From positions 6,323-70,322 of the forward strand of contig JADGCN010000002.1 of assembly GCA_015228975.1 (NCBI GenBank): a DNA stretch of 64,000 bases, in the 5' to 3' direction. Both the position numbers and the translations under genes were made by a program. The notes beneath the pieces were generated by a model. That model saw only the letters and a list, made by a program, of their open reading frames with translations, was not told the DNA's origin and did not search any database. Shown one piece after another: positions 49,750-59,380 of the stretch. This DNA is from Magnetococcales bacterium. GTDB taxonomy: Bacteria > Pseudomonadota > Magnetococcia > Magnetococcales > UBA8363. Numbering within the stretch: position 1 is the first letter of the stretch; every line of letters begins with the position of its first letter.

Positions 49750-50915
49750 GATGGCATCTTTGAGGTATCAAGGTTGAAAAGGCGGGCGGAGTAGAGGGCG
49801 GCCAGGGAGCCCAACAAGGCCATGACAGCCATGAGGGCGAAAAGGGATTGGGCGCCGATGCGGTTGTAGAGTCCGCCGGCCAACAACAATCCCCCCCCCA
49901 AACCGGCTCCGTAGGAAATGGCGGAGAACCAGCTTTGGGCGGTGGCGCGATGGTTGGGGTGGGAGGTGTCATACACCCGGCGGATGGCGGCGATATGGAA
50001 GGCACCAAAGGTGAATGCGTGCAACACTTGACCGAGGATCAGCCAGGGCCAAGTCAGGGTCAGAGAATAGATGGTCCAACGTGTGGCGGCCAGGAGCAGG
50101 GTGGTGATGAGGATGGCGGAAACGCTGAAGCGTTTCAGGATGGCGTTGGATTGGGCGAGGATAGCAATTTCGGCCAAAACCCCGAGTGCCCACAGGGCAC
50201 CGATGGCGGTCTTGGAAAATCCATTGGCTTCCAAATGGATGGACATGAATCCATAGTAGGCGCCATGGGAGAGCAGCATGAAGAGTCCCATCAGGTTGAA
50301 CCAGAGGATTTTGCGTGGACCGAACAGGCGGTAGGGTTGGCAAGGGGGCCCTCCGGGTTTGGGTTCTGCCTCGGGGAGCTGGCTGGCGATGAGCGTTTGC
50401 AGCAATTGGAACAGGGAAATGGCCAAGGGTACCAGCATCAGGCCCCAATGATCGGCCAGGGGGCCGAGCCCCAGGGCGAGGAGGATGAAGCCAGCCGAAC
50501 CCCAGAGGCGAATGCGACCGTAATCCCAATGATGACGGGTAACGGTTTCCATGGCGGTGGTTTCAACGAGGGCGATGCAACCGACGAGGAAAAAGTGCAA
50601 GGAGGCAACCGCGATGGTGATGACGGCCAGATCGTTGCTCAGGTAGAAAAGCCCGGTGGAAGCTAAAGCGCCTGCGGAGGTTGTGAGTATGATGGTTTTG
50701 CGGGAATCACTGCGATCGGCCAAACGTCCCCAGATGGGGGGGCCCAATAGTTTGATGGCCATGGAGAGGGAGGTCACCATGCCGATTGCGGCGGCTCCAT
50801 GGCCGATGTGGGCCATGTACAGCGGCCAATAGGGCATCCATATCCCAAGGGTGGCGAAGTAGAAGGTGTAAAACCCCGCCAGGGACAGATAGGCGTTCAA
50901 ATGGCGTCCTCCCAC
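49746..50915 (-). CDS. MFS transporter (12-TM, LacY/nucleoside-H+ symporter-like)
   Basis: 389-aa polytopic hydrophobic protein with GRLADR between TM2 and TM3. Confidence 0.8.
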   Translation of the reverse strand: MGGRHLNAYLSLAGFYTFYFATLGIWMPYWPLYMAHIGHGAAAIGMVTSLSMAIKLLGPPIWGRLADRSDSRKTIILTTSAGALASTGLFYLSNDLAVITIAVASLHFFLVGCIALVETTAMETVTRHHWDYGRIRLWGSAGFILLALGLGPLADHWGLMLVPLAISLFQLLQTLIASQLPEAEPKPGGPPCQPYRLFGPRKILWFNLMGLFMLLSHGAYYGFMSIHLEANGFSKTAIGALWALGVLAEIAILAQSNAILKRFSVSAILITTLLLAATRWTIYSLTLTWPWLILGQVLHAFTFGAFHIAAIRRVYDTSHPNHRATAQSWFSAISYGAGLGGGLLLAGGLYNRIGAQSLFALMAVMALLGSLAALYSARLFNLDTSKMPS

Positions 50916-50983
50916 TGGCCAAATAACGAGTTCCGGGAAATCTTTCGTGGGGGTCCGGAAGGTTCATCCCATCCGCCTACCCA

Positions 50984-51391
50984 TTAAAAGCGAAAGAGAA
51001 CCCATTGCGGGACGACCAAGCGGGGTTGATGGCCATTGAATTTGGAGTCGAACAGGCCATCACCGTTGGTGTCGATGAGGAGATAGGGGGGGCCATGGAC
51101 CGGGATGACCTGGAGTTCAAACAGGGAACCGTTGATAAAAAATTCAAAGACCTGGTTTCCTTGTTCGTCTTCATACTTGCGCACCACGGTTTCCGGGGCA
51201 TTGGGCTCGTCCGAGGCTTTTTCCTTGAACTGCGACACCATGTGACCTTTTTCCGGTACCGGGAATCCTTTGGGATTGACCAGCGGTTGTTCGGCGGATG
51301 CGGACAGGAAAGGGCTAAGCAACAGTAGCAGTACGAGAGGCAATAGACGCCAGGGGCGAAAGGTTCCTCGGGTGGTCATGGGATGGGACAT
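50984..51391 (-). CDS. Secreted hypothetical protein
   Basis: 135 aa. Signal peptide WRLLPLVLLLLLSPFLSASA. Contains a DTNGDGLFD loop that looks like a Ca-binding loop. Confidence 0.6.
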   Translation of the reverse strand: MSHPMTTRGTFRPWRLLPLVLLLLLSPFLSASAEQPLVNPKGFPVPEKGHMVSQFKEKASDEPNAPETVVRKYEDEQGNQVFEFFINGSLFELQVIPVHGPPYLLIDTNGDGLFDSKFNGHQPRLVVPQWVLFRF

Positions 51392-51496
51392 GGTGTTCTC
51401 GGGCTCCTCGCGAATCGTTTGCTTTCAAATTACCTTGCCATTGTGATGTTTTTCAACGCCCCATGGCAAGGCATGGCCAAGCGTTCACGTCATTTT

Positions 51497-52096
51497 TCAC
51501 ATCGGCTTTTGCGGAGCGTCCGGGGTTTGATGCCCAGTGGCCGATGCCCGTCTGCTCTTTATCCATCGGATCAAGCCAATGGCCAGGGCCAGACCTGCCA
51601 GACCGCCCAGCACAGCCATTTCATATTCCTGGGCTTGACCCAAAAATTTTTCGACCGCCTTGCCAAAGAAATAGCCCGCCACGCTGAACGAAGCAGCCCA
51701 GATAAAGGCGGCAATAAAATTTAAAACCATGAACCGCATGAAAGAAAGCTTGCTCAAACCAAAAGCGAAGGAGCTGACATTGCGCACGCCATAGAAGAAG
51801 CGGTAGGACAGGATGAACCAAGCATCCCACCTGTGGATCAGTTCAAGAACACGGGTCACGCTTTTGGTCCATTTACGTTCTTTTTGCCAAAACCAATCCC
51901 TTCCCAGGCGTCGTCCCAGCCAAAAATAGAGCTGGTCACCCAAGAAAGTACCAATGGCTGCAACCGCCATCGTCATCCAGATGTCCAGATATCCCCTGGA
52001 AGCCAGATAGGCCGCTACCAACAGGACGGTCTCCCCTTCGATGAACGTCCAGCCGAAAAGGAGCAGATAGCCATACTGACGGAGTAATTCTTCCAT
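51497..52096 (-). CDS. DedA family membrane protein
   Basis: 199 aa. YGYLLLFGWTFIEGETVLL..GDQLYFWLGRR is the DedA/SNARE-associated pattern. Confidence 0.88.
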   Translation of the reverse strand: MEELLRQYGYLLLFGWTFIEGETVLLVAAYLASRGYLDIWMTMAVAAIGTFLGDQLYFWLGRRLGRDWFWQKERKWTKSVTRVLELIHRWDAWFILSYRFFYGVRNVSSFAFGLSKLSFMRFMVLNFIAAFIWAASFSVAGYFFGKAVEKFLGQAQEYEMAVLGGLAGLALAIGLIRWIKSRRASATGHQTPDAPQKPM

Positions 52097-52118
52097 GCTA
52101 CCATCCTCTCATTGAGAG

Positions 52119-53525
52119 TCAATTAGGAGTGCATTCGGGCAACGGAAACGGAATTGGGTCCTCTTTGCCGATTCTGGAACCCGGGGTACCCTTGAACGAG
52201 CCATCGATACGCACCAACCGGGCTGCAAAAAAACCATCCATGCCGGAAAGACCGGGCCAGGTTTGCAGGAAACCATCGCTTTGGATCCAAGACGGGTGCA
52301 AACCATCAGCCGTTGTTGAAACGGGATCCAAACGCCACTGGGGGTGGGACGCCAGAAAAGCTTTGACAACGTCTTGATTTTCTTCAGGCTCCATGGAACA
52401 CGTGGCGTAGAGTACGACTCCCCCCCCATCCATCCTTGCAGCAACACCCGTCAGGATGGCCAATTGTTCCCGGTGCATGCGCAGTGGATCGTCCGGCTTG
52501 CGCAACCATTTGATTTCCGGGTGGTGACGAATGATCCCGGTTCCGCTACAGGGGGCATCCACCAGGGCGCGATCAAATTTTTCATCAGCCAAAAGCTGCC
52601 CGTCCGCCACATCTCCCGCAATAACCCTGACCCCGGATACCCGCAACCGTCGCAAATTTTCCCGCAAACGTTGCAAGCGGGCTTGGCTTTTATCCACTGC
52701 CGTCAATTGTACCTGACCCATGCCCAGTTGCGCCAGATGGGCTGTTTTCCCTCCCGGGGCGGCACAGGCGTCAAGGATGCGATCACCCGGTTCCAGGTGT
52801 AGTAATGTCGGGATCCATTGCGCCCCCTGGTCGGCAACCGCGAAGCGTCCCTCGGTGAATCCCGGCAGGTTTTCCACCGGCCCTCCCGCATCCCAGGTGA
52901 GCGCCCCCGGGGTTTCTGGACAAAGAGTTGCCCCGGCCTTGAGTAAGCTTTGCATGGTATCTTGTTGTGTCGAAGGGTCGCCGTGCAGGCGCAAGGTCAG
53001 TGGCGCGGGTTGGTTCCCAGCCTCTAAAATGTGTCGGCAGGTTTCCTCCCCCCAGTGCTGCCACCAACGTCTGACAAGCCATTCGGGGTAGGAGTGTGTC
53101 ATGGCCAATCGGGCGACAGGATCCTCCAGGTCGGTGAGCGCCGCCTCCTTGTTCAAAAGTACCGCTTTGCGAAGTATGGCGTTGCAAAACGGCACCATGG
53201 CCTTTTCTTTTGATCCCTTGACCAAGGCGACCGCTTCAAAGACGGCCGCCCTGGCCGGTACTCGGAGAAACAGGGCCTGGTACAGGGCTGTCAACAAGAC
53301 AGCCCTGACAAAGTGGCGTTTGGGGGGCAGGGGGCGGGGCATGCATTGATTGAGAAGAGTCGTGAGCAATGCGTAATGGCGCAACGATCCCATGGCAATT
53401 TCCTGGGCCAGGGCCCGGTCGCGAAGCGGCAGCCCTTCCAGCCAGTCATGGCCACGTAGTTGCAGGCCATCTTTCAGGACATGCATAACCGCCAGTACTG
53501 CCCGAGCGCGTGGACCCGAAGCCAT
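52119..53525 (-). CDS. rsmB: 16S rRNA (cytosine967-C5)-methyltransferase
   Basis: NusB-like N-terminal domain, then DACAAPGGKT, DAPCSGTG and ATCS motifs. The start at the Met at 53525 avoids overlap with engB. The ORF-track start is 53702. Confidence 0.88.
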   Translation of the reverse strand: MASGPRARAVLAVMHVLKDGLQLRGHDWLEGLPLRDRALAQEIAMGSLRHYALLTTLLNQCMPRPLPPKRHFVRAVLLTALYQALFLRVPARAAVFEAVALVKGSKEKAMVPFCNAILRKAVLLNKEAALTDLEDPVARLAMTHSYPEWLVRRWWQHWGEETCRHILEAGNQPAPLTLRLHGDPSTQQDTMQSLLKAGATLCPETPGALTWDAGGPVENLPGFTEGRFAVADQGAQWIPTLLHLEPGDRILDACAAPGGKTAHLAQLGMGQVQLTAVDKSQARLQRLRENLRRLRVSGVRVIAGDVADGQLLADEKFDRALVDAPCSGTGIIRHHPEIKWLRKPDDPLRMHREQLAILTGVAARMDGGGVVLYATCSMEPEENQDVVKAFLASHPQWRLDPVSTTADGLHPSWIQSDGFLQTWPGLSGMDGFFAARLVRIDGSFKGTPGSRIGKEDPIPFPLPECTPN

Positions 53526-53604
53526 AAGATCATTGGTATTCACGATAATCAAATCGGGGGATGTTCTCCCCAGATCCCTTATTGTTGCAAGTATTGGAAT
53601 CGTT

Positions 53605-54222
53605 CTATGGTTCAGCGTCCAGGATTGACCGCAATCGGCTCCATAACGCATCCATGCCTTCGTTGGTGTGGGCGGAAACGGGAACCACGGGTGGCAATCC
53701 ATATCCGGGTATCCCGGAAATGGCCTCGTGCAAATCTTTGAGGGCTTGTCTGCGGGGGTTGGATTTGAGTTTATCTATTTTGGTCGCGACTGGGAGCCAG
53801 GCGGTTCCGGTTACGGCCAGTAATTCCATCAAGGCCAGGTCCAAATGGGTGACGCCACGGCGTAAATCCAACAGGATCACCACCGCCCGCAATTTTGTCC
53901 GTCCACTCAGATAATGTTCCATGACCCGGTCCCAGACCCGCCGTTGATCCTGGGGGACTTTGGCGTAACCATAGCCCGGCAGATCGACAAACAAAAAGCG
54001 TCCGCCGACGGCAAAAAAATTGATTTCCCGGGTTCTTCCGGGGGTTCGGCTGACGCGGGCCAGGTTTTTTCGATTTAACAATCGGTTCAATAATGAGGAT
54101 TTACCCACATTGGATCGCCCGGCGAAAGCGATTTCCGGGAGTGAGGCTTCGGGGAATCCGCGGGGGTCCACGGCCCCGGTGATGAATTCGGCCTGCCAAT
54201 TGGAATCATAAAGATGGTTCAT
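53605..54222 (-). CDS. engB: Ribosome biogenesis GTP-binding protein YsxC/EngB
   Basis: 206 aa from ATG 54222. G1 motif GRSNVGKSSLLN, PGRT, and G3 motif DLPGYGYA. The ORF-track ORF 53605-55266 extends spuriously upstream, antisense to dusB. Confidence 0.9.
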   Translation of the reverse strand: MNHLYDSNWQAEFITGAVDPRGFPEASLPEIAFAGRSNVGKSSLLNRLLNRKNLARVSRTPGRTREINFFAVGGRFLFVDLPGYGYAKVPQDQRRVWDRVMEHYLSGRTKLRAVVILLDLRRGVTHLDLALMELLAVTGTAWLPVATKIDKLKSNPRRQALKDLHEAISGIPGYGLPPVVPVSAHTNEGMDALWSRLRSILDAEP

Positions 54223-54300
54223 GACGCTTGAAAATGACTCATAAAAGAAGGTACAATCTGCCCGTAAATTAATCTGAGCCACTGATAGCCCGGTCCGATC

Positions 54301-55296
54301 ATGGATGCCATTGACGAACTCTTCTCCAAAAAAACGACCACAGGGCGATGCGTTCCACTGCTTCTGGCTCCCATGGCCGGAGTTACCGATGCGCCGTTTC
54401 GCCGCATCGCCTTGAAATTTGGTGCCCATCTGGCCTTTTCTGAGATGGTCGCTTCGCAGGCCATGGTTCGTAATACCCCGAAAAGTCTTAAAATTGCCAG
54501 TCCAACCGATTGCGAACCCCTGTTTGCCGTGCAGATTGCCGGATCCGATCCGAAGGTTATGGCGGAAGCCGCACGGATGAATGAGGGGCGTGGGGCGCGT
54601 ATTATCGACATTAACATGGGCTGCCCTGTGAAAAAGATTACCAACAATGGTGCCGGGGCGGCCCTTCTCAAAGATGAATCGCTGGCAGCAGCCATCATCC
54701 ATGCCGTGTGTCAGGCCGTCAAGGTTCCGGTGACGGTTAAAATTCGTCTGGGTTGGGACCAGGACCATAAAAACGGCTTGGCCATTGCGCGCATCGCCGA
54801 GCGCAATGGTGCCCGCATGGTCACGGTTCATGGCCGTACGCGTCAGGACATGTACCGTGGCAAGGCGGATTGGGCCGCTATCGCCGCCATTAAACGAGAA
54901 CTCGCCATTCCGGTCATCGGCAATGGCGATGTGGTCGATCCTGAAAGCGCATTGGCCATGCTGACGCAGACCGGTGTGGATGGCTTGATGATTGGACGGG
55001 CCACCCTTGGCAGACCCTGGATCTTCAACCAGGTGGCCCACTATCTGGCCGATGCGCCCATTCCGCCCAAACCCGATCTGGGCTCGCTCTTGGAATTGGT
55101 GCTGGACCATTTTCATGCCATGATCCACACCATGGGTCCGATTTTGGGTAATCGTGCCGCCCGCAAACATCTGGCCTGGTACACCCGGGGGCTCGTGGAC
55201 GGTGCCCGATTCCGCGATGCCGTCAATCGTTCCCCGGATCACCATACTACAGCCCAAATGATTCAATCATTCTTTCACACGCAACCCGAATTTTAG
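54301..55296 (+). CDS. dusB: tRNA-dihydrouridine synthase B (NifR3)
   Basis: 331 aa. LAPMAGVTD.PFR, DINMGCP and HGRTR motifs. Confidence 0.93.
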   Translation: MDAIDELFSKKTTTGRCVPLLLAPMAGVTDAPFRRIALKFGAHLAFSEMVASQAMVRNTPKSLKIASPTDCEPLFAVQIAGSDPKVMAEAARMNEGRGARIIDINMGCPVKKITNNGAGAALLKDESLAAAIIHAVCQAVKVPVTVKIRLGWDQDHKNGLAIARIAERNGARMVTVHGRTRQDMYRGKADWAAIAAIKRELAIPVIGNGDVVDPESALAMLTQTGVDGLMIGRATLGRPWIFNQVAHYLADAPIPPKPDLGSLLELVLDHFHAMIHTMGPILGNRAARKHLAWYTRGLVDGARFRDAVNRSPDHHTTAQMIQSFFHTQPEF

Positions 55297-55305
55297 GACC
55301 CACGG

Positions 55306-56397
55306 ATGCCAACCGTCACACAGGAAGAAAAATCGCGGGAGTGCCATCCATTTTCCTTGAATCTTTTGTGGGATCACATCGATTTGGCCTTGCTGGCCCT
55401 GGATAACCGCCTCATTGTGCAAAATGTCAACGCCGCCAGTGAGCGTATGTTTGGCAAGACACATCGCTGGCTTGTCGGACAGCCCATTGAATCGTTGCTG
55501 CCAGGTTATCCCGTGGCGTTGGACTTGATTCAACGTGCCCAAATTTTAAACATGCCCTTTCGCAGCCGCAATTCCCGGATATCTCCCGCCCCGGATCGCC
55601 TGCTTTCGGTTTCCCTGACTGTTGTTCCATTGCGTCAAGCCGATGGGCAACCCGTGGGAACGTTGTTGCAATTGGAGGAGATGAGCGACTCGGAACGTTT
55701 GGAGGAAGGGGAACGCTTGAACGAAACATTGGATTCCTTGGGATTTCTGGCCATGTCGGTGGCCCATGAGGTTAAAAATCCCCTGGCGGGCATTCGCGGT
55801 GCCGCCCAACTCATTGAAATGCAATCCCCGAATCCTGCCGCTACCACCTGTACCCAGCTCATTCGATCTGAAGTGGATCGCATCAGCCGGTTGTTGGATT
55901 CGTTATTGGGCTTGGCCGACAACCAGCCGGTCATGGACAAGGAGACCAACATCCACGAAATATTGAACCATGTGCAAAAGGTGATCGGTCCCACAATACC
56001 GGAACCGGTGATCGATTTTGACCCCTCATTGCCCTTTATTCGGGGGGATCGGGATCAATTGGTGCAATTATTCTTGAATATATTACAAAATGCCTTGGAA
56101 GCGGTACGCCATACCCCCAATCCCATGGTGTCGATGCAAACACGAATTTCCGATCGCATCCGTTTTGAACAGGGACGACGACGCAAACAGATCATCATTG
56201 AGATCCAGGATAATGGACCCGGCATTCCCGATGAAATGAAGAAAAAAATTTTCTTGCCGCTTGTGACCACCAAAAGTAAAGGAACCGGCCTGGGATTGAC
56301 CATTTGTCGAAAAATTGTCCACGAACATAATGGTCAGATTGAAGTTGAGAGTCATTCGGGTCGTACCATTTTTCGCATATTCCTTCCCATACCCTGA
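55306..56397 (+). CDS. ntrB: Nitrogen regulation sensor histidine kinase NtrB-like
   Basis: PAS N-terminus, H-box SVAHEVKNPLAGIRGAAQL and an HATPase domain (GTGLGLTICRKIV). Lies in dusB-ntrB-ntrC synteny. Confidence 0.82.
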   Translation: MPTVTQEEKSRECHPFSLNLLWDHIDLALLALDNRLIVQNVNAASERMFGKTHRWLVGQPIESLLPGYPVALDLIQRAQILNMPFRSRNSRISPAPDRLLSVSLTVVPLRQADGQPVGTLLQLEEMSDSERLEEGERLNETLDSLGFLAMSVAHEVKNPLAGIRGAAQLIEMQSPNPAATTCTQLIRSEVDRISRLLDSLLGLADNQPVMDKETNIHEILNHVQKVIGPTIPEPVIDFDPSLPFIRGDRDQLVQLFLNILQNALEAVRHTPNPMVSMQTRISDRIRFEQGRRRKQIIIEIQDNGPGIPDEMKKKIFLPLVTTKSKGTGLGLTICRKIVHEHNGQIEVESHSGRTIFRIFLPIP

Positions 56398-56398
56398 T

Positions 56399-57865
56399 AT
56401 GAACCGCCACCAAAAAACCATCCTGATCGCCGACGATGACGCTTCCATTCGCTTTGTCCTGGAAACCGCATTGACTCAGGCGGGTTTTGTCGTCGAAACA
56501 TTTGATAACTGCAAAGATTTGTTAGGTCGCGCATCGCATGGGCATGGTGATCTCGTGATCACCGATATTGTCATGCCGGGGGGATCGGGGCTCGACCTGC
56601 TTAAAACACTCAAGACATTGCGACCTGAAATGCCGGTTATTGTGATCACGGCTCAGAGTACTCTGAGAAATGCGGTGAGCGCTTTTGAACGGGGGGCGTT
56701 TGAATATTTATCCAAACCATTCGATATCATTAAAATAGTGGAACTGATTGGTCGCGCCCTGGACAGCCATGTCACCCATACCCCGAAAAGGGGGGTGGAT
56801 ATGGATCGATTTGGCGGCATCATCGGCTCTTCCCGGGCCATGCAGGAATTGTTTCGCACGATTGGTCGCCTGGCCAACTCGGAAATGACGGTGTTGATTC
56901 ATGGCGAATCGGGGACTGGCAAGGAGTTGGTCGCTCGGGCTATCCATGCTCATAGTCCCAGGCGGCATGGTCCATTCACAGCCATCAACATGGCCGCCAT
57001 CCCGAAAAACCTGGTGGAAAGCGATTTGTTTGGCCACGAAAAGGGGGCTTTCACCGGGGCCATTTCGCGGCGAACCGGGCATTTTGAACGCACGCGGGAA
57101 GGGACGTTGTTCCTTGATGAAATCGGCGATATGCCCATGGAGGCCCAGACGCGACTGCTCAGGGTCTTGCAAAATGGTACCTTTACCCGTATCGGTGGCA
57201 CGGAAATCATCAGTGCCAACGTGCGCATCATTGCGGCTACGCATCAGGACCTGCCCTTGGCCATCACCAGTGGGCGGTTCCGCGAAGATTTGTTTTACCG
57301 TTTGAATGTCATTCCCCTGAGTGTGCCATCGTTGCGCTCCCGACCCGAAGACATCCCGCTCTTGTGCGATTATTTCTTTGCGCAGGTTGCCAAAAAAACC
57401 AATATTCCGCCCAAATGGTTCACCCCGGAGGCGCTGGCCCTGTTGCAGTCGTACAACTGGCCGGGCAATGTGCGGGAGCTGGAAAATTTGATTCAACGGC
57501 TCATGATTTTGTCGCCCCACGAAACAATCGGTTTGGATCGGTTGGATTTTATTGGCGGCAACGAATCCGTGAACACGTCCCCGGATTCCACTACAACCCG
57601 GTTGGACCCCCCGCACCTGTCGTCACGTCCCATGCCGGGACCATCCCTGGAAGACAGCGTGATCGCCTTTGTGGATCGCTGTTTCGCCAAAGGCGACCGC
57701 GAAGAGATCACCGATCTTTACGACATGGTATTGCGGAATGTGGAAAAGACACTGTTTGAAAGGGTATTGCAGGAAACCAAAGGGAATCGTATCAAGGCGG
57801 CGCGCATTCTCGGACTCAACAGGAATACCTTGCGGAAAAAATGTGGTGATCTTGGATTGGATTGA
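56399..57865 (+). CDS. ntrC: Sigma-54-dependent response regulator NtrC-like
   Basis: ATG 56399 lies 1 nt after the ntrB stop. REC domain (ILIADDD), AAA+ Walker A GESGTGKE, GAFTGA motif and a C-terminal Fis-type HTH. Confidence 0.9.
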   Translation: MNRHQKTILIADDDASIRFVLETALTQAGFVVETFDNCKDLLGRASHGHGDLVITDIVMPGGSGLDLLKTLKTLRPEMPVIVITAQSTLRNAVSAFERGAFEYLSKPFDIIKIVELIGRALDSHVTHTPKRGVDMDRFGGIIGSSRAMQELFRTIGRLANSEMTVLIHGESGTGKELVARAIHAHSPRRHGPFTAINMAAIPKNLVESDLFGHEKGAFTGAISRRTGHFERTREGTLFLDEIGDMPMEAQTRLLRVLQNGTFTRIGGTEIISANVRIIAATHQDLPLAITSGRFREDLFYRLNVIPLSVPSLRSRPEDIPLLCDYFFAQVAKKTNIPPKWFTPEALALLQSYNWPGNVRELENLIQRLMILSPHETIGLDRLDFIGGNESVNTSPDSTTTRLDPPHLSSRPMPGPSLEDSVIAFVDRCFAKGDREEITDLYDMVLRNVEKTLFERVLQETKGNRIKAARILGLNRNTLRKKCGDLGLD

Positions 57866-57932
57866 ATAGACGACCGGGACATCCGTACACTTTGCGGCAA
57901 AAATTAATGCGGCGCGACTCCTTATTTTTGGG

Positions 57933-57964
57933 CCGGGGCGTTGACAGTTGGCTCCGGTTTTTTT
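57933..57964 (+). terminator. Possible weak rho-independent terminator after ntrC
   Basis: CCGGGG (57933-38) pairs with CTCCGG (57952-57) including one G-U pair, with a 13-nt loop and a T7 run. Confidence 0.35.
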
Positions 57965-57969
57965 AGGAT
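57941..57969 (+). promoter_or_regulatory. Candidate sigma-70 promoter for the second Fo cluster
   Basis: TTGACA (57941-46), 17-nt spacer, TAGGAT (57964-69). Lies about 60 nt upstream of the first ATG at 58027. Confidence 0.35.
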
Positions 57970-58026
57970 GTCTGCCCAGGGTGTTCTGGGGGCGCTCTGG
58001 GCTTGTTCGGGGGGCATGTAGTTGCT

Positions 58027-58293
58027 ATGGGAACCGCTATGGGAACCAATGACGGCGAGGCGCACCTGCGGAAACCCCGGAAGCGTGAGGTTCCCGGTGT
58101 GGGCTTGGCCATGCGTTTGGGAACTGAACTCGTTGTGTCTACGATGGTTGGCACCGGGTTGGGCTACATGGCGGACCATTGGTTGAATTCGGGCCCCTGG
58201 TTTACAGTCGTGTTTTTGTTTTTCGGTGCCGCTGCGGGTATTCGCAACGTGTATCGCTTGGTCAATACCAATACCGATTCGGCTTCAACCTGA
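58027..58293 (+). CDS. AtpZ/AtpI-type ATP synthase protein I (alphaproteobacterial type)
   Basis: GLAMRLGTELVVSTMVGTGLGYMADHWLNSGPWFTVVFLFFGAAAGIRNVYR matches the AtpZ/AtpI pattern. The ORF-track TTG start is at 58003. Confidence 0.7.
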   Translation: MGTAMGTNDGEAHLRKPRKREVPGVGLAMRLGTELVVSTMVGTGLGYMADHWLNSGPWFTVVFLFFGAAAGIRNVYRLVNTNTDSAST

Positions 58294-58309
58294 AGAGATT
58301 GATGAGACC

Positions 58310-59074
58310 ATGACCGCAACCGCCCCCGTCGTTGCCGCTGCAGCGCCAAAAATGGATCCCCTGCACCATTTCCATGTGACCAAATACCTGGATTTTGATT
58401 ACCTGGGGATCGATGTGGCCATATCCAACTCGGTCCTGTGGATGTGGATCGCCGCTGGCTTGGTCCTGCTCTTTTTTCATTTAGCTTTCAAAAATCCCCG
58501 GATCGTACCGGGAAGGCTGCAAAGTCTTGGCGAGGCCGGTTATTTGTTCATTCGCGGTATCGTCGATGACATCGTCGGCGAAAAGGGGCGTCCCTTCTTC
58601 CCCTACATATTCACCCTGTTTTTCTTCATCCTCTTTTGCAACCTCGCTGGCTTGATCCCGGGTTCCTTCACAGTGACCTCACAACTGATCGTGACCGCGA
58701 CCTTTTCCTTGATGATCGTCGGGTTTTCTTTTGTGTATGGCTTTTATATGCATGGCACGCACTACTTCAAGTTTTTCGTTCCCTCCGGTGTCCCCGTATT
58801 GCTGATGCCGCTGATGATCCCCATCGAGATCATCTCGTTTCTGGCCAGACCGGTTTCCTTGGCCGTGCGTCTGTTCGCCAATATGACCGCGGGCCATACC
58901 ATGCTGGCGGTCATGTTTTTGTATGTTGTCACGCTGCCGTGGTGGGGAGCTTGGTTGCCCTTCGGTTTTACAGTCATCTTTACCGGCGTGGAAATTTTCA
59001 TCGGTTTCATTCAGGCCTATATCTTTACCATCCTGACCTGTGTCTACATCAATGATTCGATACACATGCATTGA
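58310..59074 (+). CDS. atpB: Fo ATP synthase a subunit, second copy (alphaproteobacterial/mitochondrial type)
   Basis: 254 aa from the Met at 58310. SLAVRLFANMTAGH contains the essential Arg, and MDPLHHF lies near the N-terminus. Confidence 0.9.
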   Translation: MTATAPVVAAAAPKMDPLHHFHVTKYLDFDYLGIDVAISNSVLWMWIAAGLVLLFFHLAFKNPRIVPGRLQSLGEAGYLFIRGIVDDIVGEKGRPFFPYIFTLFFFILFCNLAGLIPGSFTVTSQLIVTATFSLMIVGFSFVYGFYMHGTHYFKFFVPSGVPVLLMPLMIPIEIISFLARPVSLAVRLFANMTAGHTMLAVMFLYVVTLPWWGAWLPFGFTVIFTGVEIFIGFIQAYIFTILTCVYINDSIHMH

Positions 59075-59146
59075 CATCAGCGTAGGAACGTGGCACACAT
59101 AGACCCCTGTTCATTTTCAAGCTTGCCCTCGGAAGGAGAGATTTCA

Positions 59147-59374
59147 ATGGATGCCACAGCAGCCGCTTTGATCGGGATGGGACTTGCCGCACTGGGATTC
59201 GCTGGATCCGGCGTGGGACTCGGGGTTCTGTTCGGTAAAGCCATCGAAGCCATCGCCCGCCAACCCGCGGCGGAAGCCCAACTGGCCAAATATATCTGGA
59301 TTGGCATGGCCTTCGTCGAAGCTGTGGCCCTTTACGGCTTGGTCGTCGCGTTCATTATCATGGGCAAGGCCTGA
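59147..59374 (+). CDS. atpE: Fo ATP synthase c subunit, second copy (Glu-type)
   Basis: 75 aa. AIARQP loop and AFVEAVALYGL with the carboxylate Glu. Confidence 0.9.
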   Translation: MDATAAALIGMGLAALGFAGSGVGLGVLFGKAIEAIARQPAAEAQLAKYIWIGMAFVEAVALYGLVVAFIIMGKA

Positions 59375-59380
59375 TTGACC

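Noticed and set aside
53605-55266. 553-aa minus-strand ORF in the ORF track
   Set aside because: Only the last 206 codons (from ATG 54222) match EngB/YsxC. The upstream 348 codons run antisense to the well-supported dusB gene and have Gly/Arg/His-rich composition, as expected for an antisense frame in GC-rich DNA. I treat it as a spurious N-terminal extension, not a fusion protein.
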